Shown here piece after piece: positions 48,351-51,771 of a stretch of 51,771 nt of DNA. Positions within the stretch are counted from its first letter, which is position 1; each line of letters opens with the position of its first letter. Under the pieces are notes generated by a model. That model was not told the origin of the DNA. It was given only the letters and a program-made list of their open reading frames with translations, and did not search any database. Made by a program: the position numbers and the translations under genes. Location: positions 1 through 51,771 of IMG/VR virus record IMGVR_UViG_3300025671_000094; one strand, written 5' to 3'. Source of the DNA: a virus. Its lineage: Duplodnaviria > Caudoviricetes.

Positions 48351-48496
48351 TCCAAAGTGGTACTAATGGTTTTTCTCTATGTGTTAAAAAGATGTAGAGC
48401 GGTGTTGGGTACCCCCTCTGTGTTTCGGGGTCCCCCCTGTTTCTTTTTCTTTTTTTTTGTAGGACAATCCCGTCCTGCTGTGTCAAGGAGGTTGCT

Positions 48497-48904
48497 ATGC
48501 AACATTTGACAACGACCGAGCTGAAGCGCGAACTGGTCATTCGCGAGTCCGTGGCTGCTTTCGAGAAAGCGCTTCGTGGTAACACTAACGTCTGCATAGA
48601 CGTCATGTGGCACATGGAGTATGAAGGCTTGTACGGTGAGGCCGAAGCCAAGGTCAAAGCCTTGCTGTCTTATGCAGACAGCGGTGGTTGGGGCGTTGGC
48701 GAGTTCGGAGACGAACCAGAGGCTGAACCAGCTAAGGACAGAACTCTTGGAGAAATCCTAGGTGCTGCCTTAGAAGCCACACCAGGTGTGGTAGCCACAC
48801 CAAAAGAGCCTGAGTCAATTCCCGATTGGGAATACTACGGGTTTCCCGATGAGGAGTCATACACTCCTGGTGAAGGATGCGGTGTTGAAGGATGCTGCAA
48901 ATAA
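48497..48904 (+). CDS. first early gene, acidic protein
   Basis: AAGGAGG RBS; followed by a terminator. Confidence 0.8.
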   Translation: MQHLTTTELKRELVIRESVAAFEKALRGNTNVCIDVMWHMEYEGLYGEAEAKVKALLSYADSGGWGVGEFGDEPEAEPAKDRTLGEILGAALEATPGVVATPKEPESIPDWEYYGFPDEESYTPGEGCGVEGCCK

Positions 48905-48908
48905 AACA

Positions 48909-48942
48909 AGAGAGACCTCTTCGGGGGTCTCTTTTTTTTTTT
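48909..48942 (+). terminator. rho-independent terminator
   Basis: GAGACCTC-TTCG-GGGTCTC followed by 12 T. Confidence 0.92.
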
Positions 48943-49032
48943 GGCTGTCCTCGTGGGCGCTTGGTTCTCCTCCCTTGCCAAGCGTCCTCGTGGGTTGCCG
49001 CTGTTGGTTTCCCTTAACAGAAGGAGTTTGTT

Positions 49033-49206
49033 ATGTTTATCGAAGTCGATGATGAGTATTTAAAGCTGCTCAATCTAACGCTTGCTAAGGATTCTAAAGG
49101 TCTATTTGAGGCGCTCCAGGCATTGCCTCCCAAAGATCCTAAAGTTCCGGCTGTTCTTGGTATGATCAAGCATGTGACAGGCGTTGAGTTTGAAACTGTG
49201 GAGTAG
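49033..49206 (+). CDS. 57-aa early protein (not in ORF track)
   Basis: AAGGAG RBS; MFIEVDDEYLKLL...FETVE. Confidence 0.8.
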   Translation: MFIEVDDEYLKLLNLTLAKDSKGLFEALQALPPKDPKVPAVLGMIKHVTGVEFETVE

Positions 49207-49212
49207 CTTCCA

Positions 49213-49254
49213 GGGTAGTCCTGCTAGGACTATCCGAGAGGACACTTCTGTCCT
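49213..49254 (+). promoter_or_regulatory. twin-hairpin element, copy 1
   Basis: GGGTAGTCCT-GCT-AGGACTATCC, GAG, AGGACA-CTTC-TGTCCT. Confidence 0.7.
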
Positions 49255-49297
49255 GCGGGCAATCATGCCCTAACACCCTAGTACAAGGAGATTAGCT

Positions 49298-49702
49298 ATG
49301 GGTAAGTTTAATCAAATGACTGTTGTTGCAACTCAAGCACAGGAGATTGCTACATTCGTGCCTTCTAACCCGGTTCTTAACGGACAGCCTACTACGGTTG
49401 TCTGGAGGAACCAACAAGGAGTTGGCAAGATTGTAGCTGCAGGTTCTGTAGCTGGCAACATCAAAATCCGGCTAGATACTGGTGCAGAGTTTACTTGTAA
49501 GCCAGATGTCTTTGGTGGTTTCTTTCCGGAGGCATTTATCAATGCCCTTCGTGAAGCTCATGCCAATCAAGTCGAGATTGTTGTGTGTACAGCAGTTACA
49601 CCAAACAAGATTAGCTCGCGTGGTGGTGCGGTGTTTTCACCTAACTTCTTCTGCGGCATAAAGCCTGCTGGTGCTTCTGCGCTTACTGGCTTTAACCTGT
49701 AA
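49298..49702 (+). CDS. early hypothetical protein
   Basis: AAGGAG RBS. Confidence 0.85.
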   Translation: MGKFNQMTVVATQAQEIATFVPSNPVLNGQPTTVVWRNQQGVGKIVAAGSVAGNIKIRLDTGAEFTCKPDVFGGFFPEAFINALREAHANQVEIVVCTAVTPNKISSRGGAVFSPNFFCGIKPAGASALTGFNL

Positions 49703-49716
49703 TCAATTTGCCTTCT

Positions 49717-49761
49717 GGGTAGCACTCTACGGGGTGCTATCCTAAAGGATAATTGTATCCT
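49717..49761 (+). promoter_or_regulatory. twin-hairpin element, copy 2
   Basis: GGGTAGCACTC-TACG-GGGTGCTATCC, TAA, AGGATA-ATTG-TATCCT. Confidence 0.7.
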
Positions 49762-49783
49762 CAACAGCCACAAGGAGTGTATT

Positions 49784-49900
49784 ATGTGGAATGGACTAGC
49801 AACAACTGCGCTGAAAGAATGGGCAGAGAAAGAAGCCAACAAGATACGTGTTGAAGCGAACAAGAAGCGTATCGAACAGTACTCGAAAGGAACAAAGTGA
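49784..49900 (+). CDS. 38-aa early protein (not in ORF track)
   Basis: AAGGAG RBS; MWNGLATTALKEWAEKEANK...; TGATG coupling to the next gene. Confidence 0.75.
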   Translation: MWNGLATTALKEWAEKEANKIRVEANKKRIEQYSKGTK

Positions 49901-50226
49901 TGATTATTCGTAACCTTAACATTAAAGATATGTCTAACAGACAACTGGAGAACCTCATGCAGGACATTTCGGTAGAACTACAAGACAGAGAAGTAAGAGA
50001 AGATGAACAAATAGCTATCGAGGCAAAAGAGGCTATGACAATGGGCTTAGAAATAAGCGAGATATATCACCCTGACAAACGTCTTGAAAAGAAAATGAGA
50101 GATAAATACATTGAACTCTGCGAAGAAGCTGCGGGTCCAGGGGAAACTCCTTTCTTCCAAGAAATTCTCTCTGAGTGGTACTCTGAACAAGACAGAATAC
50201 AGTCAATGCGCACTACAGGGGCATAA
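49900..50226 (+). CDS. early hypothetical protein
   Basis: Translational coupling at TGATG. Confidence 0.75.
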   Translation: MIIRNLNIKDMSNRQLENLMQDISVELQDREVREDEQIAIEAKEAMTMGLEISEIYHPDKRLEKKMRDKYIELCEEAAGPGETPFFQEILSEWYSEQDRIQSMRTTGA

Positions 50227-50353
50227 ATAGGACCACTTTGGGAATACTTCTGGGTTTACGTGGAGTATTCCCTGTAGTGGTGTGTCCTTATGTGTGATAA
50301 TGTGAACCGAAGGAGGACTAAATGATCGAATCAATCTTACTCTGGACAATCAT

Positions 50354-50473
50354 ATGCATATACATAATATAAGACCAAAGTGTGACAATTGTGATTCACC
50401 GTCAGACGCAACTGACTTTGCAACCTACTGGCTATGTGCTAAATGCTGGTTAAGGAGATTTAAATGTACTTAG
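50354..50473 (+). CDS. 39-aa zinc-ribbon microprotein (not in ORF track)
   Basis: MHIHNIRPKCDNCDSPSDATDFATYWLCAKCWLRRFKCT; CxxC-x14-CxxC. Confidence 0.6.
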   Translation: MHIHNIRPKCDNCDSPSDATDFATYWLCAKCWLRRFKCT

Positions 50474-50670
50474 ATAAAGAGTTCCAAATAAAGCTTGCAA
50501 ATGCAATGCTACATACTTCACTACTTGCCTATTCAACTGCAGAAGACATTAAAGAAGATTATCCTGAAAGGGCTGAACAGCTAAAAGATATTAACGAACT
50601 TTGCGGCCAACTATTTAATATCTTTAATCCGAAAGAAGGAATTAAACTTGAAGTAGAGCTAGGAGAATAA
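50464..50670 (+). CDS. early hypothetical protein
   Basis: AAGGAG RBS. Confidence 0.75.
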   Translation: MYLDKEFQIKLANAMLHTSLLAYSTAEDIKEDYPERAEQLKDINELCGQLFNIFNPKEGIKLEVELGE

Positions 50671-50672
50671 AA

Positions 50673-50942
50673 ATGACTAAACAAGAAATGCAAACTACAA
50701 TCGATGAACTAAACGATAAACTCTCTAATCAATCTAAGATGATTGCGGAGTTAGCAACACATGCTCAAGAGATTGAAACGTACCAAGAAATACAGGAATT
50801 AGCAGATAAGAAAATTGAAAGTCTAGAAGAACAAGTAACTCATTACAAAGAACAAAATGATAGCCTATTCAAAATCATCAGTAGATTAGAAGACAAAATA
50901 GAAACCTACAAAGAAGTAGTGATGGTGCTGAAAAATGCGTAA
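50673..50942 (+). CDS. coiled-coil early protein
   Basis: AGGAG RBS; heptad repeats. Confidence 0.75.
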   Translation: MTKQEMQTTIDELNDKLSNQSKMIAELATHAQEIETYQEIQELADKKIESLEEQVTHYKEQNDSLFKIISRLEDKIETYKEVVMVLKNA

Positions 50943-51306
50943 AGTTATAGTGAAAAATATTACATTAAATTGGGATAAAACTAGAACTGAAGGACCATAC
51001 GGTGGTTACTCAATCCAAATCGAATTCGATGGAGATCGATACGAAGAATTGTACAAATTTGGTAGAGCAAAAATAAGTAGTACTAAATGGAGAATGAACT
51101 TGCGTAGTACAAAACCTATCAAAGTTATAGATTCTTGTATGAATGAGCTGCCCGACGAAGTACTAATAAGTAATCAATCAATTGGCAATATAATGTTACT
51201 ATTACCAGATACGCCAATATCTTTTAGAGGTAATGAAATAAGAAAAGGAATTCCAATTGCAATACAAATCACTGACTACAACGGCTACATTAAGGAGGAT
51301 TTCTAA
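50935..51306 (+). CDS. putative degenerate phage ssDNA-binding (OB-fold) protein
   Basis: IVKNITLNWDK...YSIQI...VID...LISNQSIGNI...AIQITDY resembles the podovirus gp2.5-like SSB pattern; no long acidic tail. Confidence 0.45.
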   Translation: MRKVIVKNITLNWDKTRTEGPYGGYSIQIEFDGDRYEELYKFGRAKISSTKWRMNLRSTKPIKVIDSCMNELPDEVLISNQSIGNIMLLLPDTPISFRGNEIRKGIPIAIQITDYNGYIKEDF

Positions 51307-51651
51307 ATGAAACTAACCATTGATCCAATTCTAAACGAAAACCTGAGACGTGTATTAGGTTTAAAGAAAGACGCTGGCTACTTTGAAATACAAGGTAGAA
51401 AATTCGAAAGCTACATCAGTGAAGGCTTCACTAAAGATATGTATGCTAAAGGCTCTTTCAAAGACGAACGAAAGTACATCTTCAAACACAATGTAACCGA
51501 TGAAGTCTTTGTCGGTACAATGAAAACAATCGCTAGGATAAGCTTAGAAAATGGTTGGCATCAAGGCTCATGGTGTGGAACTCAGCTTGTTAAGCGATTA
51601 GGTTCTCAACGTTCATTGTTAACTTTTCTAGGTGAAATAAAAAGTGAGTAG
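51307..51651 (+). CDS. early hypothetical protein
   Basis: AAGGAGG RBS. Confidence 0.75.
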   Translation: MKLTIDPILNENLRRVLGLKKDAGYFEIQGRKFESYISEGFTKDMYAKGSFKDERKYIFKHNVTDEVFVGTMKTIARISLENGWHQGSWCGTQLVKRLGSQRSLLTFLGEIKSE

Positions 51652-51657
51652 CACCTA

Positions 51658-51701
51658 AGATAGTTCCACTTTGGGACTATCTTTCGAGACACTCATGTCT
51701 C
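51658..51701 (+). promoter_or_regulatory. twin-hairpin element, copy 3
   Basis: AGATAGTTCCA-CTT-TGGGACTATCT, TTC, GAGACA-CTCA-TGTCTC. Confidence 0.7.
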
Positions 51702-51727
51702 TAACCAAGCATGTAAAGGAGTTTATC

Positions 51728-51771
51728 ATGCAAACAATCATCCGTAACGTATCAGTTAACTACGCTAAAGT
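51728..51771 (+). CDS. start of a gene truncated by the window edge, possibly SSB
   Basis: AAGGAG RBS; MQTIIRNVSVNYAK resembles the N-terminus of 50935-51306. Confidence 0.55.
   Translation, partial: MQTIIRNVSVNYAK

Noticed and set aside
49213-51701. CRISPR-like array or terminators as explanation of the repeated hairpins
   Set aside because: Copies are dispersed, differ in sequence, are separated by whole genes and lack U-tracts
1-51771. tRNA, rRNA, integrase or DNA polymerase genes
   Set aside because: None recognised by eye; the DNA polymerase probably lies outside the window, and a tRNAscan-SE run would be needed to exclude tRNAs

Overview
This window is about 52 kb of a lytic dsDNA phage of podovirus type. 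The host is probably a marine bacterium, possibly an alphaproteobacterium (inference only). The genome has two arms. The plus-strand replication arm (1-6016) carries a 5'-3' exonuclease, a GIY-YIG protein, a T7 gp4-like primase-helicase, dCMP deaminase and a ~705-aa T7-type RNA polymerase. It meets a ~42 kb minus-strand morphogenesis arm (48309 down to 6071) at a bidirectional terminator. That arm carries TerL, portal, scaffold, an SU10/phiEco32-type capsid, an adaptor, three paralogous YadA-like fibres, lysis genes, a class II ribonucleotide reductase, tail and ejection proteins. A plus-strand early region with small genes begins at ~48497. The main finding is that the last large ORF of the ejection block (6333-10130, 1265 aa) carries single-subunit RNA polymerase motifs A, B and C. 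The phage therefore appears to encode two convergent single-subunit RNAPs, one probably packaged in the virion (N4-like strategy, but much smaller and with a K-to-R change in motif B). The neighbouring 1535-aa ejection protein starts with a staphylococcal-nuclease-like domain. Several early genes are preceded by a covarying twin-hairpin element. All assignments come from reading motifs by eye; no database searches were run.
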